This document shows positions 18,387 through 26,965 of a stretch of 41,782 bases of DNA, piece after piece (positions within the stretch are counted from its first letter, which is position 1; every line of letters starts with the position of its first letter). Under the pieces are notes generated by a model that was not told where the DNA came from, ran no database searches, and saw nothing but the letters and a program-made list of their open reading frames with translations. The position numbers and the translations under genes were made by a program. Origin of the DNA: an uncultured Syntrophorhabdus sp. (GTDB lineage: Bacteria > Desulfobacterota > BSN033 > UBA1163); contig CAZXBI010000001.1 in NCBI GenBank assembly GCA_964638215.1, forward strand, positions 3,709-45,490. Direction: 5' to 3'.

Positions 18387-19553
18387 ATGGCAAAGGCGAT
18401 GATTAAATTTGTGTCGTTGACGGTTTTCGTGTTTCTTGTTCTTACCAGCTTGGTCATGGGGGCTGAGCCGATTAAGATCGGGATCGTCTGGCCGCTCACC
18501 GGCCCAATCGCTGCCTCGGGATCGTATTTGAAGGCAGGGGCCGAGTTGGGCAGGGACAAGATCAACAGTGAAGGGGGAATTTTAGGACGACCGATCCAGC
18601 TCTTTATCGAGGATGGCGCTAATGACCCGGCTCAGTCTGTGAGCGCTGCAGAGAAACTGGTCACCAGGGAGAAGGTCGATCTCTTCATGGGAGCCTGGGG
18701 AAGTTCGCCCACCCTTGCCGTGAGTGCCAGTGTTACCAAGAAATATGGAATTCCTCATGTAGCCGAAACCGCAAGTTCCGTAAAGGTAACCAACCAGGAT
18801 GGAAAGAGGCCGAACCCATGGTTATTCCGGATCAGTCCCACGAGCAGGATGGAGGCAGAGGGTGTCGAAAAGTACCTGGTTCCCAAAATGGAGTTCTCAA
18901 AAGTCGCCTTCTTAACCGTCAATAATGATTGGGGGCGAGGGGCTGCCGCAGAGTTCGCTACCGTGCTGCAACGATCGGGTGGCACCGTGGTGACAACGGA
19001 AGTCGTAAACCAGGACGCGAATGATTTCTTGACTCAACTCACAAAGATCAAGAATTCAGGTGCTAACTCGATCATCATGACCACGGATATGGCACAGATC
19101 GCCCTGATTCTTAAACAGTACAAGAGCCTCAAGATGACGCAGAAAATTCTAACCACAGGAGGAAGTGGCTTACCCGAGGGGTTGATCCAACTTGCCGGGG
19201 CTGAGCCTGCAGAAGGCGTTTATAACCTCCTATTCTTCGCCCCCTGGTTTCCAGAATTAACCAGGATACCTCAGGAAACTAAATGGTTTGTTGATGAGTA
19301 TCTGAAGAGAGGTAATCCGGTCAAAGGATTTGGCGAATGCTACAGGGGATATGATGGCCTGAAGGCGATGAAGGCGGCTCTGGAGATTGCCAAGACTACG
19401 GATAAAGAAAAGGTCAGAGAGGCCTTTCAGCAAGTGGATGCCTGGGGTCTGACAGGCCATATCAAGTTTGACGAATTTGGTCAAAGTACACCTACAACAT
19501 ATGTTATTCAGGTGAAAAACGGTAAGCCCTACATGCCAGAGTTCTTGAAGTAG
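18387..19553 (+). CDS. LivK/PBP1-family periplasmic substrate-binding protein (paralog SBP3)
   Basis: 388 aa. Signal peptide ...LVMG-AEP. It has the same conserved blocks as SBP2/4/5. RBS AAAGGAG. Confidence 0.85.
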   Translation: MAKAMIKFVSLTVFVFLVLTSLVMGAEPIKIGIVWPLTGPIAASGSYLKAGAELGRDKINSEGGILGRPIQLFIEDGANDPAQSVSAAEKLVTREKVDLFMGAWGSSPTLAVSASVTKKYGIPHVAETASSVKVTNQDGKRPNPWLFRISPTSRMEAEGVEKYLVPKMEFSKVAFLTVNNDWGRGAAAEFATVLQRSGGTVVTTEVVNQDANDFLTQLTKIKNSGANSIIMTTDMAQIALILKQYKSLKMTQKILTTGGSGLPEGLIQLAGAEPAEGVYNLLFFAPWFPELTRIPQETKWFVDEYLKRGNPVKGFGECYRGYDGLKAMKAALEIAKTTDKEKVREAFQQVDAWGLTGHIKFDEFGQSTPTTYVIQVKNGKPYMPEFLK

Positions 19554-19566
19554 TTAAAGGGTTCCT

Positions 19567-19607
19567 CGGGGTCCGGTCGACGCGACCTTCGCTGTCGCCG
19601 GGCCCCG
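19567..19607 (+). terminator. GC-rich stem-loop after SBP3
   Basis: CGGGGTCCGG (19567-19576) pairs with CCGGGCCCCG (19598-19607) with one G-U pair, and there is further imperfect internal pairing. A T-run (CTCTTTTTGCC) follows only about 15 nt later. Confidence 0.35.
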
Positions 19608-19647
19608 TATCCCGATCACCCTCTTTTTGCCTCACGAGGTGCGCCCA

Positions 19648-21714
19648 ATGAAAGACGGAATTTATAGGACTATTTGTGGCATCTGTCATGCTGCCTGCGG
19701 ACTCAAGGTTCATCGAAGCCGTTCCAAGATCGAACTGGTAGAGGGAGACCCTGACCATCCATCCAATAGGGGATTTGTCTGTATCAAAGGTGCTACTGCG
19801 GGAGAGATCATTCATTCGAAGGATCGATTGACCCATCCCCTGCTCAAAACATCCGGAGGGTTCAAACAAATCTCCTGGGATGAGGCGCTCGATCTAGCCG
19901 CCATGAGACTGGGAGAGATCAGGGAAAAATACGGGCCAGGGGCACTGGTGAGGGATATCGGCGCACCTGTGTCTTATGAAGGAAGAGATGGCTTCGCTCA
20001 ATTCATGGGAGCCTTCGGGTCCCCTAATTTCACCGGAACCAGTAACCTCTGTATGGTCCCAAGAATCACTGCATTTAATATGATCATGGGAGCCAAGACC
20101 GAATGTGATTTTGAGAAGGCGAAGTTCATTATCTTCTGGGGCGCCAACCCTGTGGCTTCGAACCGCTTCGGCGGCTACTGTGTTTACAATGGCTTCCACC
20201 AGATCATCCCTCGTGCGAAAAAGAGAGGGGCTCGGATCATCGCCATCGACCCCGTGCGATCGAGAACCGTGGTTCAAGCGGATGAATGGATACAGATTAA
20301 ACCCGGCACGGATACAGCCCTTGGGCTGGCCATGATCCATCACATCATTGCAGAAGGGCTCTATGACAGGGAGTTCATTGCCGAATGGACCCATGGATTC
20401 GAGCAGTTGAGGGAACACGTTCGAGACTGCTCTCCGAAATGGGCGGAGTCCATCACCGGGATTCCTGAGCACGTCATTGTCGACCTGACGCAAAGATATG
20501 CGACGATCAAGCCTTCCACTATCTGTGACGGAAATGGCACGGATATGTATACGAGCAGTGTGGATGCTCCCCGTACTATGGCCATCCTCATTGGTCTCAC
20601 CGGCAACATGGATGTCCCCGGAGGAAACACGCTCCCTCCCTATGTGATCCAGTCTGTTCTGCCCACCAAGGCTCCGGCCATTGACACGCGCTTCTGGCCT
20701 GAGATGTTCAAAGTCTATAAGGAAATACCGTTTCCCGTCATCAAGGAGGCCATCCTTCGAAATGAAGATCATCGTCCCCGGGCTATGATAGTCCAACACG
20801 GCAACCCGGTTCTCACACAGGGAAACGAGGCGAGGACAAGAGAAGCCCTGCAGAAGCTCGATTTCCTTGTCGTGAATGATATCTTCTTCACGGCTACTGC
20901 CGAGATCGCGGATCTGGTACTGCCTTCGGCTTCAGATTTTGAGCAATATGGGTACCGGGCCTATTCTAGTTACGATGGGGGCGTTCTGGCCCTGGGTCGG
21001 CCTGTTGCAGATCCTCCAGGTGAGGCAAGATCGGTCTTTGAGATAGAGTATGAACTCGCTCAGAGGATGGAGATGCATCAGGATTATCCCTTCCGGGATT
21101 CCAAAAGTTTGGTGGAGTATATGCTGAAGCCCACCGGGGTTACATTTGAGAGGTTAGAAAAGGAACAGATTGTGTACCCGACCCCCCCTAATCAGTATCA
21201 GAAGTACCTGAAAAATGGCTTCAACACTCCGACCCGAAAATTTGAGTTCTACTCTGAGACGCTCTCCAAGAACGGGTATAATCCTTTACCATCCTATTCG
21301 GATCCGGCAGGGGAACCCATGGTTGCATCTCTCAGAAATCAGAGGGCCTTTCCACTCCTGGGCACCAGCAGACGGCCAGGACAGTTTGTCCACACGAAAT
21401 TCAGGCACATTGATAGTCTCACCCAGCAATACCCTGACCCGCTCGTCTGGATCCATCCCCAGGACGCCGCGGAGAGGGGCATTTGCGACGGAGAGGATGT
21501 TGAAGTCTTATCTCCCAGAGGCCGGATCAGCCTGAAGGCGAAGCTTTTCGAGGACACGATGAAAGGGCTCGTGATGGTCGATTTTGGCTGGGGGAACCCA
21601 ACCGACAAAAAAGGAAGTATCAATGCCCTCACAAGCGACGAATTCTGGGATCCGGTATCGGGTGGGACACCGAATCGACTCTTCTCATGCGAAGTGGTGG
21701 GAAAAAGGGAATAG
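19648..21714 (+). CDS. Molybdopterin (bis-MGD) oxidoreductase, DMSO-reductase superfamily, cytoplasmic
   Basis: The N-terminal 4Fe-4S motif is CGICHAACGL...(x)...CIKG (C-x2-C-x3-C-xn-C). The length (~688 aa) and C-terminal beta-barrel-like region (VWIHPQDAAERGI.DGE.V.V.S.RG) fit the family. No twin-arginine signal is present. Confidence 0.8.
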   Translation: MKDGIYRTICGICHAACGLKVHRSRSKIELVEGDPDHPSNRGFVCIKGATAGEIIHSKDRLTHPLLKTSGGFKQISWDEALDLAAMRLGEIREKYGPGALVRDIGAPVSYEGRDGFAQFMGAFGSPNFTGTSNLCMVPRITAFNMIMGAKTECDFEKAKFIIFWGANPVASNRFGGYCVYNGFHQIIPRAKKRGARIIAIDPVRSRTVVQADEWIQIKPGTDTALGLAMIHHIIAEGLYDREFIAEWTHGFEQLREHVRDCSPKWAESITGIPEHVIVDLTQRYATIKPSTICDGNGTDMYTSSVDAPRTMAILIGLTGNMDVPGGNTLPPYVIQSVLPTKAPAIDTRFWPEMFKVYKEIPFPVIKEAILRNEDHRPRAMIVQHGNPVLTQGNEARTREALQKLDFLVVNDIFFTATAEIADLVLPSASDFEQYGYRAYSSYDGGVLALGRPVADPPGEARSVFEIEYELAQRMEMHQDYPFRDSKSLVEYMLKPTGVTFERLEKEQIVYPTPPNQYQKYLKNGFNTPTRKFEFYSETLSKNGYNPLPSYSDPAGEPMVASLRNQRAFPLLGTSRRPGQFVHTKFRHIDSLTQQYPDPLVWIHPQDAAERGICDGEDVEVLSPRGRISLKAKLFEDTMKGLVMVDFGWGNPTDKKGSINALTSDEFWDPVSGGTPNRLFSCEVVGKRE

Positions 21715-21781
21715 GTGATCACGCGTTTGACAAACGTAACCTAATGGGGAAAACGAAGGCCTATTTGGTGTTGAATAAAAA

Positions 21782-22825
21782 ATGGCACATAAAAAAGAAC
21801 TAAACGGAAGAGAGCGAGTATTCCGAGCCTTATCCTTTCAGGAGATAGACCGGGTGCCGGTGATCCCGGTGACTCATTCCTGCTCGCCAAAGAAGACAGG
21901 TTACCTTCATGGTGAGGCGATGCAGGATACGTGGAAGTATGTTGAATCCCAGCTCAAGTGCCTTGAGATGTTTGGTTACGATGGCGTCTGGGGCATGGCG
22001 GTGAATGAAGTGGCCGAGGCTCTGGGCTGCGAGGTCGTTGTTCACCCCGACGATGTTCCTGACGAAAGAAACGGCCTTCTGACAAATGAACGGGATCTTA
22101 CCAGGCTTGCAGAACCGGATTTCAATCGATCCATCTGGATGAACCGCAAGGAGGAAGTGGTTCGACAACTTAAGAAGGAAACTGGAAAGCGGGCGGTCGT
22201 TATTGCTCCTGCGATCACTCCCATTCGGGCTGCTGTGATGACGAGAGGAATCCAGAATTTCTTCCTGGACTTCATCGATGCCCCGGGGTTCAGCAAGGAT
22301 CTTTTGGAAATCTGTACTCGCCATTGTATCACCGCGGCCAAGCGCTTGGCTCAATCCGGAGCCGACTTTCTCTTCTTCCCTCTTCCAGAGGCCTCCCGAG
22401 ACATGATTTCAAGAGCCCATTACGAAGAATTCATCCAGCCCTGTATGAAGAAGATCATGAAAGCCATGGAAGATGAGGGGATCAAAACACTCCTTCACAC
22501 CTGTGGAAACTGGAGTGATCGTTTCGGTCTGGCCGCTGGTCTCAAGCCAGACATTATTCAGTTGACCGCAGAGGTTGATTTGAGATCGATTAGAATGGAA
22601 CTGGGGAATAAAATTGGCCTTTTTGGAAAGATTAACTCGGTGGGAACTCTGTTTCAGGGCACGCCAGAGGCCGTGAAAAGCGAAAGCAGGGAGAACATCT
22701 CGGATGCGGACGGAATGCGAGGGGGATTCATTCTCGCATCCGATTGCGCTGTGCCCAGAGATACTCCAGTTGTCAATATTCAGGCGATGGTTGATGCGGC
22801 GCGGGAATTTGCAGAGAGGCAATAA
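21782..22825 (+). CDS. Uroporphyrinogen-decarboxylase-fold methyltransferase (MtaA/MtbA/CmuA or O-demethylase MT-I type)
   Basis: 347 aa. The N-terminus ERVFRALSFQEIDRVPVIP is typical of corrinoid-dependent URO-D-family methyltransferases. Putative Zn ligands are LLHTCGN (H-x-C) and a later SDCAVP. There is no obvious SD sequence. Confidence 0.65.
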   Translation: MAHKKELNGRERVFRALSFQEIDRVPVIPVTHSCSPKKTGYLHGEAMQDTWKYVESQLKCLEMFGYDGVWGMAVNEVAEALGCEVVVHPDDVPDERNGLLTNERDLTRLAEPDFNRSIWMNRKEEVVRQLKKETGKRAVVIAPAITPIRAAVMTRGIQNFFLDFIDAPGFSKDLLEICTRHCITAAKRLAQSGADFLFFPLPEASRDMISRAHYEEFIQPCMKKIMKAMEDEGIKTLLHTCGNWSDRFGLAAGLKPDIIQLTAEVDLRSIRMELGNKIGLFGKINSVGTLFQGTPEAVKSESRENISDADGMRGGFILASDCAVPRDTPVVNIQAMVDAAREFAERQ

Positions 22826-22860
22826 AGGTGGTCTTGCAAAAAGTCGGAATAGTATGAACT

Positions 22861-22980
22861 TGTCATTCTGAGCAGATCGAAGAATCTCGCCCAATCAGTA
22901 AGTTAAAGTTCCTTCACTGAGCCAAAAATCGAGACCCTTCGTTTCACTCAGGGTGACAAGCCGAAGGGTTCAGGATGACA
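22861..22980. repeat. REP/MITE-like structured intergenic element
   Basis: A ~12-nt motif occurs three times: TGTCATTCTGAG (22861, forward), CTCAGGGTGACA (22947, inverted) and TTCAGGATGACA (22969, inverted). There is also an inverted repeat CCCTTCG/CGAAGGG (22935/22962). No coding potential. Confidence 0.5.
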
Positions 22981-23023
22981 AAAACGGGACTTTTTTCCGA
23001 GACCATCGATAGGGAAATAGCTG

Positions 23024-23995
23024 ATGAACGAGATTGCCGCACCCTCTGAACCTATGTGGCAATGGATCAATTCACTGCCTTTCTGTCATCGATTCCAAGG
23101 AGAATGTTGCAGGGTGAACGGCATCAAATACTACAAGCCCAGGGACATAAAAGAAGCGTGCTCTCGATTGGCATCGGCGGATTTGTCTGCCAAACCCTTA
23201 GCAGGAGGGACAGACCTGCTGGTCCAGTTGCGGAGAGGAAAGATTACGCCGGGATGTCTTGTCGATCTGAAGAGCTTAGGGTTTGACGAGATGACGGCAA
23301 CTCCAGAGGGCGGGCTTAGAATCGGCGCTTTGTGCACATTGAATACGGTCCTTTCAAATAAGATTGTGGACCAAAGGTATCCGATCCTTGCCGAATCGAT
23401 AGCAGAACTGGCTTCCGTGCAGATACGGCACCGCGCCACCCTTGGCGGAAACCTCTGTAATGCCTCTCCCGCGGCTGACACAGCTCCGCCGCTTCTGGCG
23501 CTCGATGCCAGGGTGTCGATTGCTGGAATCAATGGCACCCGTGAAGTGTTGCTGGCAGACTTTTTTCAAGGACCTGGACAGACCTCTCTATTCCCGGGCG
23601 AAATAGTGACAGAGATCGTTTTACCGGCGCGACCTGAAAGAAGCGGAGGTGCCTATTTGAAGGCGAAGAGGACTGCTATGGATCTGGCCCTGGTCGGGGT
23701 AGCCGTTCACCTGTCTGTGGAGAATGACGAGCGGTGTGGCGAGGCAAAGATCTTTCTCGGGGCCGTGGCCCCTACTCCTTTGTTTGCGCCTCGGGCATCG
23801 GAGTCCCTTCGGAAGGCATCGATGGAGAAGAAGACGATCGGAGAAGTGGCAGCCCTGGCAGCCGAGGAGGCGCGACCCATCGATGATGTTCGAGCCAGTG
23901 CCTGGTACCGAAAGCGATTGATCAAGGTGTTGACCGAACGGGCCATCCTGACAGCTTACAGTCGCGCTATCGATGGCGCGAAAACAATCGCATAA
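23024..23995 (+). CDS. XDH/CODH-family FAD-binding medium subunit (CoxM-like), set 1
   Basis: Y.P....EA......A..LAGGTDLLVQLR, TLGGNLCNASPAAD, and a C-terminal CO-dehydrogenase-flavoprotein domain. The true start may be the GTG at 23114 (AAGGAG 11 nt upstream), which would give the usual ~293 aa. Confidence 0.8.
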   Translation: MNEIAAPSEPMWQWINSLPFCHRFQGECCRVNGIKYYKPRDIKEACSRLASADLSAKPLAGGTDLLVQLRRGKITPGCLVDLKSLGFDEMTATPEGGLRIGALCTLNTVLSNKIVDQRYPILAESIAELASVQIRHRATLGGNLCNASPAADTAPPLLALDARVSIAGINGTREVLLADFFQGPGQTSLFPGEIVTEIVLPARPERSGGAYLKAKRTAMDLALVGVAVHLSVENDERCGEAKIFLGAVAPTPLFAPRASESLRKASMEKKTIGEVAALAAEEARPIDDVRASAWYRKRLIKVLTERAILTAYSRAIDGAKTIA

Positions 23996-24006
23996 GGGAG
24001 AATCGA

Positions 24007-24510
24007 ATGGAATATTCCATTTCTCTAACGGTCAATGGAAATCGTTACGAATTGTGTGTGAAGACCGAAACAACTCTGCTGAAGGTGCTTCGCGAAGATC
24101 TTGATCTCACGGGCACCAAGGACGGCTGCCATGAAGGCGAATGTGGAGCGTGCACTGTAATCATGAACGGAAGGCCGGTTAATGCCTGCCTTGTGCTGGC
24201 AGTGGAAGCAGATGGTAGCGAGATTTTAACGGTGGAGGGACTTTCCGAAGGCGAAGAATTACATCCCCTGCAGCAGGCCTTCGTGGAATCTGGAGCCGTC
24301 CAATGCGGGTTCTGTACCCCGGGCATGCTGATGTCTGCCAAAGCATTGCTCGATCATAACCCCAGACCTACCGAGGCGGAAATCCGTCAGGCCCTGAGGG
24401 GGAACCTCTGCCGATGCACCGGTTATAAAAAGATCGAGAAGGCCATTCAACAGGCAGCAAGAGCACTGAGAGGTGAAAAAGGATGGCTGAAACATCCGTT
24501 TCAGGTGTGA
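24007..24510 (+). CDS. XDH-family [2Fe-2S]x2 small subunit (CoxS-like), set 1
   Basis: LTGTKDGCHEGECGACTV...C (plant-type cluster), then QCGFCTPGM...GNLCRCTGY (second cluster). Confidence 0.9.
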   Translation: MEYSISLTVNGNRYELCVKTETTLLKVLREDLDLTGTKDGCHEGECGACTVIMNGRPVNACLVLAVEADGSEILTVEGLSEGEELHPLQQAFVESGAVQCGFCTPGMLMSAKALLDHNPRPTEAEIRQALRGNLCRCTGYKKIEKAIQQAARALRGEKGWLKHPFQV

Positions 24511-26822
24511 TGGATTTTTCCATCATCGGTCAACCCGTTCCGCGGGTTGATGCTGTACCCAAGGTTACGGGGCATACCAAGTATCTCCAGGATATGAAGA
24601 TTCCCGGTATGCTTTATGGGAAAATCTTGCGAAGTCCTTTTCCTCATGCTCGAATCAGGCGCATCGATGTAAGTCGTACATGCCAGTTTCCTGGAGTACG
24701 GGCTGTGATCACAGCCCAAGATGTTCCCCACAACAAGTTCAGCTTCATTCCCGCCCTTGCTGACAAGTTCATGCTCTGTGACGAAAAGGTAAGATTCGTT
24801 GGGGATGAGGTTGCAGCCCTTGCTGCCGACACGCCCGAGATCGCGGAACATGCCATTCGTCTCATCGAAGTTGAATACGAACCCCTCCCGGGCATTTTTG
24901 ATCCTGAAGAGGCGGCCAAGCCCGGCGCCGTGCTCGTCCATGAGGAGCGCGACAGCAATATCACCTATGAGACCCATCGGGAGTTCGGCGATATTGAAAA
25001 CGGATTTGCCGAGTCAGACTACGTTTTCGAAGAGAAGTTTCGAACCTCTCGCGTGGCCCACTGCTGCTTGGAAACACGGGGTTGCGTCGCGGTCTACGAC
25101 AGGGGCGGAAAAATCACGCTATGGGCACCCGTTCAGGCTCCCCACCTCATCCGGCAGGAGATGGCCCGGATCTTGGGAATTCAGAGGTCTCAGATCCGTG
25201 TTATCAATACCCCTGCAGGCGGTGCCTTTGGCAGCAAGTCGGTGATGGATGTGGCCATGCCGATTGCCGCTGTGCTCTCACGTCTCACACGCCGGCCGGT
25301 AAAGATGAGCAATACGCGTGAAGAAGAATTCATCACTGCCCGTTGTCGCTATCCCTATGTCGTTCACCTGAAGACCGGCGTGAACCGTGATGGCAGAATC
25401 ATGGCCAAGCAGGCGAAGGTCTATATCGATAATGGTGCATATAATGATCGTGGGCCCTCCACTCTGAACTGGGCAGGGTTGGCCTTCTCTGCGCTGTATA
25501 ACGTCCCGAATGGGAGCTATCACGGATATGGGGTTTATACTAACAATGAACCTGGCACCGCTTTTCGCGGTTTTGGCAGTCCCCAACTCACCTTTGCCTT
25601 TGAAAATCATTTGGACCGGATTGCCGCAGGGCTCGGCTTGGATCCGATGGAGATACGGCTTCGAAATAGTCACTGCAGCGGCCAGACCACGCATAGCGGA
25701 TTTTTCATCAACTCCTGCGGTTTGAACGAGTGCATTGAAGAGGCGGCAAGGCGGTCGGGTTGGGTCGAAAAGAGGCGTGCCTACTCCCCCCAACAGGGTT
25801 CCGATGCGGTGAGGAGGCGGGGCATTGGTATGGCCTGTATGGCTCACACGGGTGCTGGAACGCGTTATTACGGCTATGCCGCAACCGATACGTTCATTAA
25901 GTTGAGTGAAGATGGGATCGTCACCGTCATCACGCCCACTCCGGAGATCGGCCAGGGCACAACCACTGCGATTGCGCAGATCGTGGCCGAGAAACTGGGA
26001 GTGAACCTCCAGGATATCAGAATCGTCAACGACGATACCGATATAACCTCCTACGATCTCGGCGCCATCGGAAGCCGGGAGACCTTCATCTGCGGCAACT
26101 CGGCATTGGCAGCCGCCGAAGAAGCCAGAAAGGAACTGCTGGAGGTGGCTGCTCGGATGCTCGACTGTGAGGCTGCCATCCTCATAGTATCAGGAGGTCG
26201 AATCTTTCCAAAAAAAGAACCCAACGGCCCTTCGGTTTCTACCCGGGAAGTGGCAGAACACGCGGTCTTCAAAATGGGGCGACCTATTTCAGGCCGCGGT
26301 CGGTATGCGGATGAACTTGCTCCCACGGCATCCCTCAGCACAGGGCACACTATCCACGTACCCACCTGGGCCTTTGCTTGCCAGATCGCAGAAGTAGAGG
26401 TGGATCAGGAGACGGGCCAGGTGGATGTTCTGAAAATGACCGCTATCCACGACACGGGCACGGTCCTCAACCCTCTCTTGGTAGAAGGACAGGTCGAGGG
26501 GTCTTTGGCGCAGGGTTTGGGAAGCGCGCTCACAGAGGAGCTCGTTACAAAACAGGGCGTCCCCCAAAACCGCACTTTTACAGATTATAAGATCTTTCAT
26601 GCAGAGGATATGCCTGAGATTGATCTGGGCTTTGTGGAGATCTTTGATTCATTGGGACCGTTTGGGGCCAAAGGCATTGGAGAGTCTGGGATTGTGGCCA
26701 CCGCGGCTGCGCTTGGAAACGCCATTTACCATGCTACCGGGCTTGAGCTCAATGAACTTCCCCTCAGCCCTGAGCGAATTCTGAAGGCTCTGGATCACGT
26801 CAGATCACAACCTGCAAAATAG
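24483..26822 (+). CDS. XDH/aldehyde-oxidase-family molybdopterin-binding large subunit, set 1
   Basis: The N-terminal a/b-hammerhead region is GQPVPRVDAVPKVTG...Y..D......MLYGKILRSPFPHARI. Also GGAFGSK and the C-terminal catalytic-Glu motif PFGAKGIGESG. An alternative start is the ATG at 24510, overlapping the small-subunit stop (TGATG). Confidence 0.85.
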   Translation: MAETSVSGVMDFSIIGQPVPRVDAVPKVTGHTKYLQDMKIPGMLYGKILRSPFPHARIRRIDVSRTCQFPGVRAVITAQDVPHNKFSFIPALADKFMLCDEKVRFVGDEVAALAADTPEIAEHAIRLIEVEYEPLPGIFDPEEAAKPGAVLVHEERDSNITYETHREFGDIENGFAESDYVFEEKFRTSRVAHCCLETRGCVAVYDRGGKITLWAPVQAPHLIRQEMARILGIQRSQIRVINTPAGGAFGSKSVMDVAMPIAAVLSRLTRRPVKMSNTREEEFITARCRYPYVVHLKTGVNRDGRIMAKQAKVYIDNGAYNDRGPSTLNWAGLAFSALYNVPNGSYHGYGVYTNNEPGTAFRGFGSPQLTFAFENHLDRIAAGLGLDPMEIRLRNSHCSGQTTHSGFFINSCGLNECIEEAARRSGWVEKRRAYSPQQGSDAVRRRGIGMACMAHTGAGTRYYGYAATDTFIKLSEDGIVTVITPTPEIGQGTTTAIAQIVAEKLGVNLQDIRIVNDDTDITSYDLGAIGSRETFICGNSALAAAEEARKELLEVAARMLDCEAAILIVSGGRIFPKKEPNGPSVSTREVAEHAVFKMGRPISGRGRYADELAPTASLSTGHTIHVPTWAFACQIAEVEVDQETGQVDVLKMTAIHDTGTVLNPLLVEGQVEGSLAQGLGSALTEELVTKQGVPQNRTFTDYKIFHAEDMPEIDLGFVEIFDSLGPFGAKGIGESGIVATAAALGNAIYHATGLELNELPLSPERILKALDHVRSQPAK

Positions 26823-26825
26823 AAG

Positions 26826-26849
26826 GAACGGGCAGCAGTCCCGTTTATT
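26826..26849 (+). terminator. Weak terminator-like hairpin after large subunit 1
   Basis: AACGGG (26827-26832) pairs with CCCGTT (26840-26845), followed by TATT. The stem is short. Confidence 0.3.
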
Positions 26850-26965
26850 CGGAGCCTCGTCATGGGAAACGAAAGGGGGTGATTGAGAAGAGGGTTGATG
26901 GTGGATTGAAAAGGCGAGTTGAAAAATTTCTCTTCTTTAAAAAATGCTTCAAAGGGAGGAATGGA

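Noticed and set aside
19894-20799. Long antisense ORFs on the minus strand. Examples are 301 aa at 19894-20799, 207 aa at 3921-4544, 184 aa at 6701-7255, 189 aa at 25278-25847 and 167 aa at 14173-14676.
   Set aside because: Each lies entirely inside a well-supported + strand gene or pseudogene. None has a recognisable motif or RBS, and their compositions are Arg/Ser/Gly/Pro-rich in the way typical of shadow frames. I treat them as non-coding.
21725-21781. TTGACA at ~21731 as the promoter for the URO-D-family gene.
   Set aside because: No acceptable -10 hexamer lies at 16-18 nt spacing, and the gene itself lacks a clear SD. The evidence is insufficient to call a promoter.
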